The position numbers and the translations under genes are program-made. The notes below the pieces were generated by a model. It was given only the letters and a program-made list of their open reading frames with translations. It did not search any database and was not told where the DNA came from. DNA of 64,000 bases from Octopus sinensis (Eukaryota), in contig NC_042999.1 in NCBI RefSeq assembly GCF_006345805.1, positions 148,304,001-148,368,000 on the forward strand, in the 5' to 3' direction. How positions within the stretch are numbered: the first letter of the stretch is position 1; every line of letters starts with the position of its first letter. Of the stretch, positions 11,676-24,694 are shown piece after piece.

Positions 11676-12300
11676 TGGCTACCAAATAATTGTCACATAT
11701 ATTTACAGATAAATTCCTCTATTTACATAATATTGAGGTCTCTTTCTTTCTTTTGTTATCTTACCGTTTTTACCAATATATATATAAAACAATATACACT
11801 ACCTTATAGGTGGGTATATGGAAGAATATGAATTTGGGAGTTGGAAAAGTATATCTATTAGCTTTTTCTTTTTTCCAACTGCTTCAAAAAACTAGACAGT
11901 AATAAATCAACTTTCAAATGTGGTTGATATGAGTGTAGAATGGGGCCAGCTGTTTTTTCACGAAATACAGAGAGTAATTTAGATCCTTTACACAAGCAAA
12001 GAAACAGTTAATAAGCTCTGAAATGGTCACTCTCCATCATCTCTAAATGCTTAATTTTACTCTTCATTTTATTTTTTCCGACTATGAAGAAAGAACTGCA
12101 ATTTATAGTCAACCAGACCAATTTTTTGTCTATTTCATTATTCCTGTATTTTGATTATAATTGTAGTTTGTCTGTAACTATATGTATGGGTTTAGTTTTG
12201 TCTGTAAACTGCTGAAAATAACACATTACTTTGGATATGCATTCTCACATTGAGTGCAATGACAGTAGGATCTTACTTAAACAGTAGGACTTATTTAAAC

Positions 12301-12405
12301 AGTGACCTGAGGAGGCACATTTTACACCTTGGATGGATGACAATGATTACGCATCTCACCAGTATACTACAGGTGTAAAAATGTGCCGAAACAGTTGTAG
12401 TGATT
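12301..12405 (+). ncRNA. Hammerhead ribozyme-like motif (type I, Penelope-associated style) with intact core
   Basis: CUGAGGA at 12307-12313, 16-bp stem II (12314-12329 with 12371-12387, one bulge), GAAA at 12388-12391, short stem III, GUA triplet 12397-12399, stem I 5 of 6 pairs. Activity untested. Confidence 0.65.
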
Positions 12406-12445
12406 TTAAATAAAGAACATTGTTCATTCTATTTTCAATCTTTTG

Positions 12446-12835
12446 TCTATATATATATATAAAGCTGAAGTTGTCTGTGTATGGCAGGTTTGGTAGCCTT
12501 CAACTAACACTATCTCCTCCGAGACCCTGTGGCGCATGTTGACCAAAATTGAGAGTATGATAGAAGGCTTGTTCTTCATTCTGTCGAAGAAAAAATTCAA
12601 ATTGGTCCATGTTAAGACCAAAAATTATTTACATCAAAAAGGTGCTTTTTTTCTATGAAAATCCCTATTTTTTATGATTTTTTGACTGCTGTGTTTTCAT
12701 TTTTCGGTGTATTTCAACCAGAAAAATGTTCACTTAAAGAGAATAACAAGCTACATAATGCAAAACTTTTACTTTTCAAAAATTCCAATTCTAAAGGGTC
12801 GAAACAAATCCAAGTAACACCAAGCGATACTTCTA

Positions 12836-12836
<1 letters not shown>
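12446..12836 (+). mobile_element. Non-autonomous Helitron, ~390 bp
   Basis: 5' TCTATATATATATAAAGCTGAAGTTG, 3' CTAG followed by T; termini resemble the other Helitrons here. Confidence 0.7.
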
Positions 12837-12884
<48 letters not shown>

Positions 12885-13808
12885 TGTATGTATCATCATC
12901 ATTTTCCATAATGGCATGGGTTGGACTAATAAAAATATGGGGTGCTTCATAAATTTGCATGTCATAGTTGCACAGGGGCCATGCTAATGTTCTCTGTATC
13001 ATTCCAATTCTAAAATATGTATAGTCACATACATATATATATTACACATACACACACATACAATTTATACATGGACACTTAAATTTATATTCCTTTTTAC
13101 TCTCAATATTCAGCTAACTAAACAATCTGTTAGTGTTTCAATGAAATTCTGACACAGGGCAACTACTTGAATGGCCTCTTGGTATTTCCAGAAATTTAGC
13201 CACAGTAAATATTCCAAAGCAGCTAATTTCAAGTTGCACACATGTCGAAACAGAGAGATGGTTGCAAACATTGTTAAATACATTAGAAGATACTTAATAT
13301 ATTGAAAATTGTTTATACAGCAAAATTTGAATAACTTGCTTTGGTAGAACACCCTGGATATTGACTTGCAATGAAAAATATTTATAGCGTCTATCACAGA
13401 TTTCACGATTAGTCACAAGGTTAATATCTATTAAGAGTTGTAACTGATTGAATTCCCTTCCAAACACATTTTCATTGTCCAAAAAAAAATTACATGCGAA
13501 AGCCACTTGATCAGTATTTGAACTTGTAATGGTTCGAGACTAAATACTAAAAAGTTTTAAATCAATGTCGTCAGAAACGAAAGACACATTAGATAATGTA
13601 GTCCCAGTTACACAGCAACAGCAAAAAAAAAAACAGGGAAAATCACATCCAAAGTATCCTTCATCATAGGTCTGCACACTATAGCAACCGTAACAAAATA
13701 CTGTTATTAATACAAATATTTAAAACTATTCAATTTTATAGTGAGATAAATAGCTGATTTATTAGATCGAAAACATATTCCAATGAAAACTCAAACTGCT
13801 TTACAAAC

Positions 13809-13877
13809 CTTCTCATTTTGAAGGCCGTCTCGTGGGCCCACTTCTACCACTTTCACAAAACTTGGTAAACCGGCAAC
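13809..13877 (-). CDS. HMGCL: HMG-CoA lyase, coding exon 2
   Basis: TTTCTAG acceptor, GT donor; VAGLPSFVKVVEVGPRDGLQNEK contains the family motif EVGPRDGLQNE. Confidence 0.96.
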
Positions 13878-15191
13878 CTAGAAATGAAGGGAGATTACTC
13901 TAATGACTATGATTATATCACAGCAATCACTACCAACATTCGACAGTCAAAAGCAAAAGATGAAACTATTAAATAATTTTTTTGTATAATAACAACAACA
14001 AAGTTTTTAGTACAATATGAATATAGTTTTCTTTCATCTTCTATTTCTTATACATACGTTTCAAACGTTCAAACAGAAGCATTTTAGCAGCTAGATCCAT
14101 AGGATAATTTACTGGTTCCATGTTTCGTAGATCATGAGTTGGTATTTAGTCATATAAGTTGCCTTTCACCATGTCCTTGGACTAAAGATGCAACTCATTT
14201 TATTTGTTAGGCTACCAAATGGACATGACTTTCTAAGAGTTCAAAAAAAAATCTCTGAAAAACAAATTGTCATGATAAAGGCTACGTTTGCATGATTATC
14301 AGAAAGTTAATCAAAGAAGAAAACAAGTTCTGATAAGCATATGTACAGTGTGAATAAAATATTACTTGTTCAGGATAGTTGACGTTTGGGGTTTTTTTTT
14401 TTCTCTCTAATAATTTGCAACTGATAGTTAGTAATAATAATGACCATTTATTTATTTCAGGAGTACAGACCAGAAATTTGAAAGGTGGTAACAAGTCGAT
14501 TAAAATGACCGCTGTACTTGAGTAGTACTTTATCAACCCCGGAAGAATGAAAGAGAGAATTGTTTTCGGCAGGATTTGAACTTAATGCTCTTTTTAAATG
14601 GAACAACTAACATTCGCCTTTGTAGCCACAAGGATTCTCTCATACTAATAATAAACATTTCACTATTTACCACTACAGCGGTAGTAATAGGAACAACAAT
14701 ATTAATATAGCGGCGTAAAATTTTCCGTGTTCACCTTTCAAATTTTTTTCTTTCTCACAATCAAAACCTCTTTGCGCTTTCATTTATCAAAAAGTATATT
14801 AAAGGGGATGCAAGGATTGTGTTAGTTTATTACTTGGAGACGGCTGAAAAAAAGAAAACATGAACACATGGTTTAAAGCATGTTGCGGGTCTCGTCATAA
14901 TGAAACAAAACAAAATCTCCTGAAGGGTGACACGGAAGATAATTATAAGGGTGCATTATAATTTTCTGTTGAGTGTGAATATTTATTTAAATTCTTGAAC
15001 TCGGCGTATAATTAATATTTTCTATTTAATTTGAATGTTTATTTAAAATCTGGAACTCTGCATATATTTAACATGTTAAACTACATATCTACCTTTACTT
15101 GATCGAAAAGGAAATTAATTGCGAAGGAAGTTAATAATTCTTTCCTAACAAGCAGTGCGCCCAACTAATCCAATCATTTTATGATACTTAC

Positions 15192-15299
15192 TGCTGTTGG
15201 TACGTAGTTTTGAAACGTTGACAATGAAACTATTTTCAGACACGACCGATATTTACAACATAATCGTTTAACAGACCTTGATAGCACATAAATCGCCAT
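15192..15299 (-). CDS. HMGCL: HMG-CoA lyase, coding exon 1 (probable mitochondrial targeting peptide)
   Basis: ATG at 15299 in AAACATGG context; MAIYVLSRSVKRLCCKYRSCLKIVSLSTFQNYVPTA is R/K/S-rich with no acidic residues; ends at a phase-0 GTAAGT donor in frame with the next exon. Confidence 0.75.
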
Positions 15300-16459
15300 G
15301 TTTCTGATTGCAAGGCAGATCAAGAGAAATAACTCTGGCTTGTCCTTCTCATAACTTACATAATTTTTCATGTCTTTTATAATCTCAATCTAAGAATATT
15401 GCCACTTTCGAGATTATTGATTTCATTTACCTACTGATTTATTTTGTAAGAAGTTCATAATATTTTTTTTATTCAAATATCACAAGAAAACAATATACAT
15501 ATTTGAATTAGTACATACTAATTTCTAAGAGCGAATGCCTTGGTGTAATTAAAAGGAATCTAACTTGAACTATAAATCGAAAATTCATCCCATAATCAGC
15601 TCACCAAGAGCATAAACACACACACACACACACAAAAAAAAATACTTGTACTGTGCTTATATTTTCTATAATATATAATCTAAATTCAATTCTGATTATT
15701 GGGTGAAGAAATCATTATTTGTATTACCGTTCTCATAGTTACTGTTTTCAAATTCCTTAAATGTAAAACAATGTCGAAAGTTTCTTATAATCAACCCATA
15801 TGATGCCCATTCACCCTTTCTTTCTGACGTTATTTTATCCTTTCCACTTGACCATGACATTACAATATACATTCAGCAATTTATCCTTCATTTTGTTCTC
15901 TGGTTTTGATTCAAATAAACGCTGCTCATGACACAGAAAAACGACGCTCCTAAACTACCAAATATTCAGTCCAAAAATGATATTTCTGGCAAATATCATG
16001 ATGAATATCATTGTTTATTTACCTGCAATTCAAAATACTGAGGGTAAACTTATAATCTCGTACTTTTTTTATTTTATTTTTTATTTGCTATCTTTGCAAC
16101 ATGCAGCTCCTTTGATTTATTGAGAAATATTTTACCGCGAACCGGAAATATTTGACTTTGACAGAAAATCTTCCCAAAACAGAATTATATAAATTTTGCA
16201 AGCTGTCTTCACAATTCGCACCCATTCAGATCGAGATTGGCACTGAACTGCAGTATGGAGCAGCCCTCCACGTCACGAGGAATACTTCTTGTGAGGTACC
16301 CAAGACAGTTCTTATATTTTATCTAAAAGCTATCTTTACTTCAATCAGACACGATGTCATTTTCTGTCCCCGTCAGTTTGCTTGGTACCACGTTATCTGG
16401 TAGGCTTAACGGGAGCCTTTTCATATATCCTTTTGTGACTAGCACATTTCTTCTGTTAC

Positions 16460-19400
16460 TTTTTTTCCCCCTTTAACGGTATCGAAGCGGTGGTAAAATA
16501 TTCGGTCTCCATCTGGTGAATCTTGTGCTCTGCACTGATGTCTAAGATGTGCTTAGTGTTGATGTGTTGTTGGACTGCCAATGGGTGGTTGGTGCCCGTG
16601 GAGGTGATGATTCTGTGGAAGCACGGATTCTGTGTGCCGTCGTTGATGTTGATGTTGTCACTGACTTTGCAGGTGTTGCGCATGTTATCCTTGATAGCTC
16701 TGGTGTTGGGCGGATGTGAGCCGTTTCGTCTCAGCTGCCTACCAGATTCATCATCATCATCATCATCATCGTTTAACGTCCGCTTTCCATGTTGGCATGG
16801 GTTGGACGTTTTGACTGAGGATTGGTGAGCCAGAGGCTGTACCAGGCTCAACCTGATCTTGCAAAGTTTCTACAGCTGGATGCCCTTCCTAACGCCAACC
16901 TCCCCGAGAGTGTAGTGGGTGCTTTTTCGTGCCACCAGTACGAGGGCCAGTCAGGCGGTTCTGGCAACGACCACGCTCAAAAGGTGTTTTTACGTGCCAC
17001 CATCACATGTGCCCGTAAGGCGACGCTGGCAACGATCACGCACGAATGCTGTTTTTCACGTGTCACCGGCACAGAAGCCAATCCGAGGCCCTGGTAATCG
17101 TCAGCGATTTTGATTTGTTTACACTTTCCTCAATATGTCTTCGCAAGCAAAGTTCATTGTCCAATGAATGAAGGGTACTCATAAGTGGGCCGGTTACACC
17201 CCACGTTCGGATGTGCTTTAAACGTTCCACTGGCATGTGTTCTAAATCAGGCAGTACTGTCATCGGCCACGGCAGCAATTTTAATTTTGATTTCGCTTGC
17301 CTCAGTAGGTCTTCACAAGCAAGGTTTATTGTCCAATGAATGAGGGGTATTCATAAATGAACTGGTTACAACCACTGGCATAAACCATGGGCTATGGTCT
17401 CACTTGGCTTGCCGAGTCTTCTCAAGAAAAGCATATCTGTCCTCATTCAATCGCAACACATGACCATACCTGCGCAGTCGTCTCTCTTGAATACCATATC
17501 TGATGCTTCTTAAATCCAACTTTTCTCTCGGGGCGCTTACACTTTGTCGAGTATGCACACTAACATTACACATCCAGCAGAGCATACTAAATTCATTCCT
17601 TGCAAGCTTACGCATGTCCTCAGCAGTCACGGCCCATGTTCCACTGCTATGTAGCATGGCTGTTCGCACAAATACGTCATACAGTCTACTTTTTACTCTG
17701 AGCGAGAGGCCCTTTGTCACCAGCATAGGGCACCCTGTCTTGAATTCCTCTGTTATTGCTTGGAGAACTATGATAAATAGAAGGGGGCTGAGGACTGAAC
17801 CTTGGTGGATCCCTACCCCTACTCGGAATTCTTCACTGTACTCGTTGCCAACCCTCACCTTACTGACAGCATCCCTGTACATGGCTTGCACAGCTCTCAC
17901 TAACCATTCATCAATCCCTAGTTTCCTCATTGACCACCAGACAAGGGATCAAGAGACCCTGTCAAAGGCTTTCTCCATGTCAACGAAAGGTACAGAGGTT
18001 TATCTTTGGCTAGGTATTTCTCTTGCAGCTGTCTTACCAGAAATATGGCATCAGTGGTGCTTTTCCCTTGCACGAACCCAAACTGCATCTCATCTAATCT
18101 GACTCTCTTCCTAATTAGTTGGGCTATGACCCTCTCCGCGGCCTTCATTACCTGATCCAGCAACTTGATACCTCTATAATTATTTGTATCTAAAGCGTCA
18201 CCTTTACTTTTGTAGCAGTTGACTATGGTGCTGCTACACCAGTCATTGGGTATGACTCCTTCATGTTTCACCTGGTTAACTATACGGGTGACTAGGCTAC
18301 AGCCGACACCGCCAGATATTTTGAGCATCTCTGCGATGATTCTTGATGAGTCGAGGGCTTTAACCTGTCTTCATACCATTAATTGCTTTATCTACCAAGA
18401 TACAGTCAATTCGGATAGCTGGTCCCTCTGTTGGGTCAACATTCGGCAGACTTTCTTTCTCCCACTCATTCGGTTTCTATAATATATGATCTTGGAGTTT
18501 CGGCTCTACTGACGACTTGTGCTGGGATCCATGTTTTGGTTATAGGATGTTGAGTATGCGCATGTTGTCCTCCAATTATCACAGGTAAGTATTGTGCATG
18601 TTTGTTGTAATATTTCTGTCCTTATTCTTGAGTGGCTGCTAGCTTTGCCCTTATCTCTTCCTGGTCAATAGGAGCTTGGATCTTTGTTGACAGGATGGTT
18701 TTATATTTCCTGCCATTCAGCATTTCTGCTGGGGACTTCATGTCAGTCCTCAGTGGTGTCGCTCGTAGGGACAGAAGTGCCAGGTGTGGGTCTTCTTTAG
18801 TTTCCCGGCATTTAACTAGTGTTCATTCTCTTGACTGTCTGCACCTGTCTTTCTAAGAATCCATGACCTTTGGGGTAGTGTGGAGTGAGGTTATAATGTT
18901 GAAGCCATACTCATTGGCTAGCTTTTTGAATTCCTGAGATGTGAACTGGGTTCCATTGTCACATATGATCTGTTCTGGTATTCCTTGCTTTGCAAGAAGC
19001 CCTCGAGTCACTGTAGTTATTGTTTTGGCTCTCAGGTCTTTCACTTTTCTCACAAATGGGAATTTAGAGTTGTAGCAGACCATAATCAAGTACCATTCTT
19101 GGTTCTCTGTGAACAGATCTACTCCAATAGCTTGCCATGGCCTTCTTGGGATGTCACTGGATATAATTTCCTCCTTTGGTTGCGAGTTTCTGTACTTTTG
19201 ACAGATTTGCATGTAGAAACCATCTTTGTACCTGCCTACCAAACATACAGCTGACTTCGCTCGGAGTTTGCATTTTCCCATCCCCAGATGCCCTTGGTGG
19301 ATCTTGTCAAGAATCTCTTTTTGCATTGATTTGGGTATGATTATTCGGGATCCAGCCATCAGGATTTCATTCTCTACTGATATGTCATAATGGATGGCCC

Positions 19401-19870
19401 AATATTCACGAATGAGGGGCTGCACCTGATATCTCTTTTCTGGCCACCCCTGAATCACCATCTGAGTAAGGAGCTGGATCATCTCTGCTGGCCTCCTCTT
19501 TGATTTGTTCCAGCTTTGTATTTGTCACATTTACAATGTGGTGGACCTTTACACTGAGTCCGTCCATTTCCTGTTTATTATGTGATGATAGTCTGGAAAG
19601 AGCATCAGCCAATATCAGGTCCTTTCCTGGCTTGTATCTGATATGGTAGTCATACTTTTGGAGCCTCGACAGTAACCTTTGCGGTCTGGCTGGTGCTTTT
19701 GTGAGGTTTTTCTCTGTCTATTTGTTCTAGAGGGCGATGGTCTGACTTTATATGGAAATGTCTGACATACAGATATGTATGAAACTTTTCACAGTTGGGT
19801 ATGGTGAGTGAATTTTCAATTATCAGTTGAATCGCCATCTTTTGGATACGGTCAAAAATATTCATGTGAA
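16460..19870 (-). mobile_element. Degenerate Ty3/Gypsy pol relic (RNase H, integrase, C-terminal domain), interrupted by an RTE at 16750-18467
   Basis: KSDHRPLE...DALSRL (RNase H), HQGHLG..KC and GVDLF...CDNGTQFTSQEF (integrase), WIPAQV...PRSYIIETE|SGRQLRRN; polypurine tract near 16459-16474. LTR pair not identified. Confidence 0.85.
16750..18467 (-). mobile_element. 5'-truncated RTE copy with internal deletion, flanked by ATTC direct repeats
   Basis: Homologous to 4183-6406; (GAT)n tail at 16750; YADD-PHD segment missing (TGCP joined to LVTKGLS). Confidence 0.92.
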
Positions 19871-21179
19871 ACAGCGGATGATCTCATGCCATGCGCACTC
19901 TAAGAGTAATGCTTGGCCTTTGTTGGAGGATAAGAAACTGAGTAGGACTTAAGTATTTGGTCCTAAAGAGGAACTTTAGTTGTCGTTGTTATGTAGCTTC
20001 AAGCAACTCAAACTGCGTTATAAAGCGTGTCCTTTTTCTAAGATGGTAGGGTGTTTATTGAGGGACACTTGGTTGTTGTTTCTAATCAGTTCCTCATTGG
20101 CTTGCTTAGTGATGTCATTTTGTATCGGTTACAAACGTTGGGTTGTATTTCAACTTCCATGTCAAGCGAAGGAACGAAATGTAATCGCAATTACACATTG
20201 CTTACAAGTGGGATGTTAAACATTTATGCTAGCTGACAGTGTCACACTAACCCAAAAAGAATTGATGGTTCGTATCCTGTTAGGTTCCGTAACCAAAACG
20301 CTTAATACCGACTAGCATAATTCACCAAGCAGTAAACAGGAAACGAAAGACAATAACTTAGTGTATAATTAATTATTTCTACGATAGGCACAAAACCAGA
20401 AATTTGGTGGGGAAAGGTTAGTCAATTATAGCAACTCCAGTGCTTGATTGGTACTTTATTTTATCATTAACCCAGGGGGGGGGGTGAAAAGCAAAGTTGT
20501 TCTAAGTGGGATTTGAACTAGAAAAGTATAAGACAATAAAGCTTTCTGCTGGGTATTTTCTGCTTGATAGTCCTCCTACGATGCTGGAGAATGCATCAGT
20601 ATCATCAGTAACTTACTCGAGTACACCCTTCTCTGGAGATCTTGTACTCGTTTTGTGTATAGAGCAGCCTGGAGTTGTTGTTTTTTAACTCAATAAGATG
20701 TCTTACGTTGACGTTTCGAAAAGGAATCCAAGGGAAATAACTTTGGATGCCTTAAAACTCGACAAACATGTCGATTTATGATGCATCGTCTTTGATATGG
20801 CTGTCAATTTAATCACTTGACAAATTTATATCACCTCACCAGTATACGAAGTTTAAAAGTGTTAGGTTAACTAGAAATTGTGTTGACATCTGCCGTTCAA
20901 AAGGAAAAGATCCCTATCGCCTTTTAATTTCATATTAAATTGAAAGAACTCAACTCAACTATGCAGGTTTCTGTGAGAGAGGCGACGCACACAAATGCAT
21001 CTGTATACACCATAAAGATATGTACACACGTTATTAAGTAATATGTAAAAGGAGTATTTATAAAATTGCTAGGGATGAAAAGAAACTTGCTAATTTGCTC
21101 TCAAAAAAAAAAAAAAACTAAGGACGGGTTTTTTTTTTCTGCTACAAAATAAATTAATTGGTAGAATAATACATCAGTC

Positions 21180-21271
21180 GGATCTTTTCCCTTTGAACGG
21201 CAGATCGAGAAATTAATTTTTTTGTAACTAAAAATTATTTTCTAAATCTGCCGGACAAAAGGTAACGATCC
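21180..21271. mobile_element. 92-bp MITE with GG...CC ends and 8-bp TSD (Merlin-type)
   Basis: CATCAGTC|GGATCTTTTCCCTTTGAACGGCAGAT ... ATCTGCCGGACAAAAGGTAACGATCC|CATCAGTC; a solo right end of the same family at about 20889-20915. Confidence 0.75.
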
Positions 21272-22084
21272 CATCAGTCTGTTAAATAAACCGTTGCATT
21301 TGTTTATAAAAGAGCAAATATTGTAACTGTTTCCTTTCTATAATATCTCTGTGGGTAAATATTTATTTGAGTTTCCCTCTGTGTACATACATTATTGAGC
21401 TTAGATGCGTTGGTTACAGTCATTCGTTTGGAGAAGCTATTTGGATATTTTGTCATTTTTATTTGTACTCCCACTTTTTATCATAAAATTTATCATTTTT
21501 ACTTGAAATACTGTAAAGTGGTGACAGTTAACACCGAAACTCATTCAATTATTCGTTCTTCGTCTTTCTGTCTGTCATTGCAGACTTAGTTTAAAGTGTT
21601 TTATTAGGGGGTGGGGGATTTCTCTTGCATTTCGTGCCCTGTTGTTGCTACAACAGGATATCTCGAAACGGAAAATAAGCTGGCCGATCTCTTTGTGCTT
21701 GCAGAAAGATTCAATATTAAAAAATGTGAGGAAGTTAGGGTTAAACTTAGGCATTGGGAGTAAGTTTTATTTATAAAGTCATCTTCATCATCATCGCCAT
21801 CGTTATCGTCGTTTCAACGTCCACGTTTCCATGCTTGCATAGGTCAGTTAGAATTTGTTGTGACAGATTTTTGCAGCCAGACCGCCTTATATGTCGCCAG
21901 CCCAAACTGGGTTCCAAGCAAGTAAGAATTCCCCCCTTAGCTGGCCATGTTTTTCATGGAAGACTGGAAATGAGGGAATGTGGAGCTCGTACATAACCAA
22001 AACAGAGAAACACAAACAAAAATATGCGCGCTCCCCGCCACACACACACGCGCACTTGTGTGTATGAATACATATACATATATA

Positions 22085-23325
22085 TAGGGTCATCCCATAA
22101 ATAATGTGGTTTTTTCAATTGCCTGAACTAAAAGTCGGAGGGGGATGGGATAAACTACCTGTATCAACTGGCTCTAAAAGCAGGTAATAATTTTACGTTA
22201 TCCTTATTTTTGGTGCAAGTTTTAAAGAGTGTAGTTCAAAGCTATAATGGAAGTGACAATGGAGGGTATTCAGCATATTTTGCTTTAGGAATTCAATAAA
22301 GGCAGCAATGCACTGGAAAGTGTGAGGAATATTAAGGCAGTATATGGGGATCGGACAATAAGCATAAGCCAATGTCAACAGTGTTTCCAGAAATTTTGAG
22401 CCGGAAACTACAGCCTAGACGACGAGCCTCATCCTGGAATATCTGTAGAGCTCAATGAGGACATCCTGCAAACACTGGTGTAACAAAATCCTATCGTAAC
22501 TGTTGAGGAACTAGCAGAGAAGCATGGATTTGGTCATTCAATGATTCTTTGACACTTGCATGCCATCACAAAAGTCAGCAAATTGGGTCAATGGGTCCCT
22601 CACAAACTTTCCGAGTTTAATCGCATGCAAAGAGTGAATGTGTGCTCTTCTTTGCTATCACATCTCACGAATGAACCTTTTTTTGGACTGAATAGTGACT
22701 GGTGACAAGAAATGGGTTCTCTATAAAAATGTCAAGTGCCGAAAACAGTGGGTAGAGAAAGGAGAAACACCGGCACCCCAGGCTAAAGAAGGTCTTCACC
22801 CACGTAATCTGTTTAGTGGGATATGAAAGATTTAGTCCACTTTTAACTTTTAAATCCAAATCAAATGATAAATAATAAAGATCTACTGCAAGCAGGTTGA
22901 GCGGATTAAGTTAGCATTAGAAGAAAAACAACCATTGCTAGTTTCAAGACAAAGAGTGTTCTTCCATCAAGATGATGCTTGGCTACATACAGCAAGGATG
23001 ACATTCCAAAGGCTGGAACACTCACGATATTCACCAGACATTGCCTCATCTGATTATCATTTGTTCTGCAGTCTTCAAAATCGTTTGGACAGAAAAAATA
23101 TGAATTCTGTAGATGAGGTCAGAACAGTACTGGAGGAGTATTTTTCATCATGGCCAAGTGAATTTTGGAAGAGGGTCCTTGCAAGTCTACCAGATAGATG
23201 GAAGAGCATTGTAGAAAATGAAGGAGAGTATATTTTAGATAGATTAAAAAAGAACTTTGTTTATCTTAATTCTGAAAAATAAAAAAGTATTAAAAAAAAC
23301 TCGCATTATTTATGGGATGACCCAA
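22085..23325 (+). mobile_element. Decayed full-length mariner element (second family)
   Basis: TIRs TA|TAGGGTCATCCCATAAATAATG ... CATTATTTATGGGATGACCCAA|TA; relic WVPHKL, IVTGDKKW, HQDDA, YSPDIASSDY with many stops. Confidence 0.92.
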
Positions 23326-23334
23326 TACATACAT

Positions 23335-23396
<62 letters not shown>

Positions 23397-23402
23397 AGAG
23401 AG

Positions 23403-23439
<37 letters not shown>

Positions 23440-23876
23440 TCTAGGTGACAGTATACCTACACAAGTGTTCCTCTGATTTCAGAAAAATGAATATTTTTTA
23501 ATAAAATTTTCTACAAATATGTTTCAGATGGTGGAGATTCTAATTGTATTGGAATTTGTTGTGGAAAAGATTTTCTGAGAGCGGAGAGAGGAGTTTTCGA
23601 AAATACACATGAGTTGCTTTTGTTTCCTCATAACTTTCCAAAAAATGGATTTTTTAAAATGAAATGTTGCATAAATGCTTTTCAAATGGTGTAGATTACA
23701 GTTATATTGGAATTTAATAAGAAGAAAATTGGTGGGCTCACACACATACAGGCACACATTACAAAAAGAAACTTGAAATTTCAAAAAAAATTGGGATGTT
23801 TGTCAGTATGTATGTGTACAAGCCCACCAATTTATTTTCTTCATCATCATCAGAAGAAGAAGACGAACAAGAAGCT

Positions 23877-23917
<41 letters not shown>

Positions 23918-24430
23918 TAGTAGTAGTAGTAGTAGCAGCAGCAGCTAAGGAGTAGAAGAGAAAGGAAATGGGTGGGGAATAACAATAAAACTGAAAGAGG
24001 TTGTAAACAGTTGACAACTTAAGTGGAAGATAGCTGTTTGTGGTCTGATGTTATTGTCATTTATAGCTTCAGGCAATGAGTTCCTGTAAGGATTGTCAAT
24101 TGTTTTTGTTATGACTCTGGTATAAAATTTTTATTTAAAAAAAAAAATCTGTGATCTCGGCAAACAAAAAGTGTTACTAAAAGCTGAACAGGAAGTTCTA
24201 ACTATTTTTTTTTTTACATAAAAAATAGGAGTCAAATTTTCATCACATTTTCACTTTATTACCTTAAGAAGAAAAGGACACGCTGGATGCTGTGCATTTA
24301 GATACAATATTTAAACATTGTATAGATACGATGTTTAGGGGGGAAAAAATGAGTGAATTTTTATGGCTGGAATATATACAAACATAAGTCTGCTAGGTCA
24401 GGACTAAAAACAGCCAAGAGGTAACTGAAA

Positions 24431-24638
24431 ATGCCTAAAACTTGCAGTGCTCAAGGTTGTTTGAATCACCACATGATGAAGGACAAAAAGGTATCGTTCT
24501 TTTGTTTGCCCAACTTGCTGAAGAAAGCAGAACGACGTAGACTATGGGTCAGAGCATGCCAACGCATTAATTCAGATGGAACCCAATGGATACCACACTC
24601 CAAGTATGTCTATATCTGCAGTGAGCATTTTGTATCTG
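24431..24638 (+). CDS. THAP-domain (C2CH zinc finger) protein, coding exon 1
   Basis: MPKTCSAQGC...FFCLP...RRRLWVRAC...YICSEHFVS(G): THAP C, C, P, W and CxxH signature; phase-1 GTAAGT donor at 24639. Confidence 0.9.
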
Positions 24639-24694
24639 GTAAGTATAATTACACAAATATACACCACACACACAGACACATATATACTTGTGTG

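Noticed and set aside
16100-16458. Possible 3' LTR of the Gypsy relic pairing with about 19960-20250, or the 83-aa ORF 16152-16403 as an exon
   Set aside because: The two candidate LTRs share only a short AAAATGACATC word, no PBS is evident, and the ORF has no homology I recognise.
20695-20770. Hammerhead-like relic on the minus strand (stem then CGAAACGTC); similar at about 39975-40030
   Set aside because: No CUGANGA core remains, so it cannot be called from sequence alone.
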